A stretch of DNA of 32,000 bases from Candidatus Kuenenia stuttgartensis (GTDB taxonomy: Bacteria; Planctomycetota; Brocadiia; Brocadiales; Brocadiaceae), in the NCBI RefSeq assembly GCF_900232105.1, contig NZ_LT934425.1, forward strand, positions 1,290,001-1,322,000, in the 5' to 3' direction. The translations under genes were made by a program, and so were the position numbers. This document shows, piece after piece, positions 30,863 to 32,000 of this stretch. The notes below the pieces were generated by a model, which was not told the DNA's origin, ran no database searches, and saw nothing but the letters and a program-made list of their open reading frames with translations. Within the stretch, counting starts at the first letter, position 1. Every line of letters starts with the position of its first letter.

Positions 30863-32000
30863 ATGAATTTGGAATTCTTCCAATCTATCGCTATTTCCGT
30901 ATCAAACGAACGTTCATTGGATGTGGTTTTTCGTAATATTGTAAATGGGCTTGCTGAAGACTCTAATGTTGTGCTTGCCAGGATTTGGCTCATTGCCCCT
31001 GGTGACATATGTCATACATGTTATTGGCGGAAGGGGTGTCCGGATCAAACTAAATGTTTGCATCTGGTTGCAAGCAATGGAAGATCACTCTATAGTGAAA
31101 AATGGCCAACGTCTATTAAAGGACGTTATAAACGATTTCCCCTTTACACGTATTCCCGGAAAAATGTTAGCGCCTCAGGGAAAATAGGCTATATAGGTGG
31201 AACCGGAAATGCTGTTTTACGCAATGATATCTATGAAAATCCGGATTGGTTATTGGACACTGAATGGGCGCAAAGAGAAAAAATAGCAAGTTTTGATGGG
31301 CAGCCGTTGGTGTTTCGAAATGAAACACTTGGTGTGCTTGCGCTTTTCAGCAGAAAAGAGTTGGATCAGGCATTGTTGATCATGCTCAGGACTTTTGCTT
31401 CGAACGCTGCCGCTGCCATCGCCAATGCAAGAGCATTTGAAGAAATAGAACAATTACATCAACAGTTGGAACTGGAAAATGAGTATCTCAGAGATGAAAT
31501 CAAAGAAGCATATTCATTTGCGGATATTGTTGGCCAAGGTTCATCCTTACAAAAAACACTCCAACAAATAGAACTTGTGGCGCCAACTAACGCAACGGTT
31601 CTCATAAAAGGTGAAACCGGTACCGGAAAAGAACTTATTGCCCTGGCGATTCATCAACGTAGCAAACGAAAAAATAACCCGCTTATTAAAGTTAATTGTG
31701 CTTCAATCCCGAAGGAACTTTTTGAAAGTGAGTTTTTTGGACATATAAAAGGCGCTTTTACCGGGGCAATTAAGGACAGGGTTGGTCGTTTTCAACTTGC
31801 TGACGGAGGAACTATTTTCCTTGATGAAGTGGGAGAAATACCAATAGAGTTACAAGGCAAATTGCTTCGGGTGCTTCAGGAAGGGGAATATGAGATTATC
31901 GGAGAGGGAAAGACTCGTCGTGTTGATGTAAGGGTTATCGCCGCAACCAACAGAAATCTGGAAAAGGAGATGGAATCAAAACAGTTTCGGCAGGATCTTT
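30863..32000 (+). CDS. GAF-domain sigma-54-dependent transcriptional activator (truncated by the window edge)
   Basis: Manual translation from ATG 30863: 'MNLEFFQSIAISVSNERSLDVVFRNIVNGLAED...', Walker A 'GETGTGKE', 'GAFTGA', 'GTIFLDEVGE', 'VRVIAATNRNLE'. Open to the window end. Confidence 0.93.
   Translation, partial: MNLEFFQSIAISVSNERSLDVVFRNIVNGLAEDSNVVLARIWLIAPGDICHTCYWRKGCPDQTKCLHLVASNGRSLYSEKWPTSIKGRYKRFPLYTYSRKNVSASGKIGYIGGTGNAVLRNDIYENPDWLLDTEWAQREKIASFDGQPLVFRNETLGVLALFSRKELDQALLIMLRTFASNAAAAIANARAFEEIEQLHQQLELENEYLRDEIKEAYSFADIVGQGSSLQKTLQQIELVAPTNATVLIKGETGTGKELIALAIHQRSKRKNNPLIKVNCASIPKELFESEFFGHIKGAFTGAIKDRVGRFQLADGGTIFLDEVGEIPIELQGKLLRVLQEGEYEIIGEGKTRRVDVRVIAATNRNLEKEMESKQFRQDL

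Overview
The window looks like chromosome from an anammox-type planctomycete (Kuenenia/Brocadia-like). This is inferred from one octaheme HAO-family protein, overall gene content and repeat style, not from a database search. Content, left to right: an IS1380-type transposase (7-1344, -). A compact minus-strand housekeeping block follows: folE, dapA, pdxJ, cdaR/ybbR-like, cdaA, folP. Next comes an unusual 518-aa ORF (6841-8397, -) in a repeat-bounded segment with features of an uncharacterised mobile element. A second minus-strand block carries lptE-like, TPR/BamD-like, recO, ybeY, phoH, cdsA, uppS and purA. After that come plus-strand genes for a parvulin PPIase, an HD-domain protein, a PilZ protein, an exported cyclophilin and a zinc-ribbon protein. 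Then an APC permease (-), a TPR lipoprotein (+), and a minus-strand set of fatty-acid hydroxylase, fused DUF2064/family-2 glycosyltransferase, UspA and SulP. About 1 kb of nested inverted repeats follows. The window ends with an octaheme HAO-like cytochrome c (28429-30162, -) with one CX4CH heme site, divergent from a GAF/sigma-54 activator (30863->end, +). The best leads are the 6.75-8.51 kb candidate mobile element, a dispersed MITE/REP-like inverted-repeat family (GTAACACTTTAGTT...AACTAAAGTGTTAC), the repeat hotspot at 27.3-27.9 kb, and the HAO-like/sigma-54 regulator locus. I see no CRISPR array, tRNA or rRNA, and no clear defence system.
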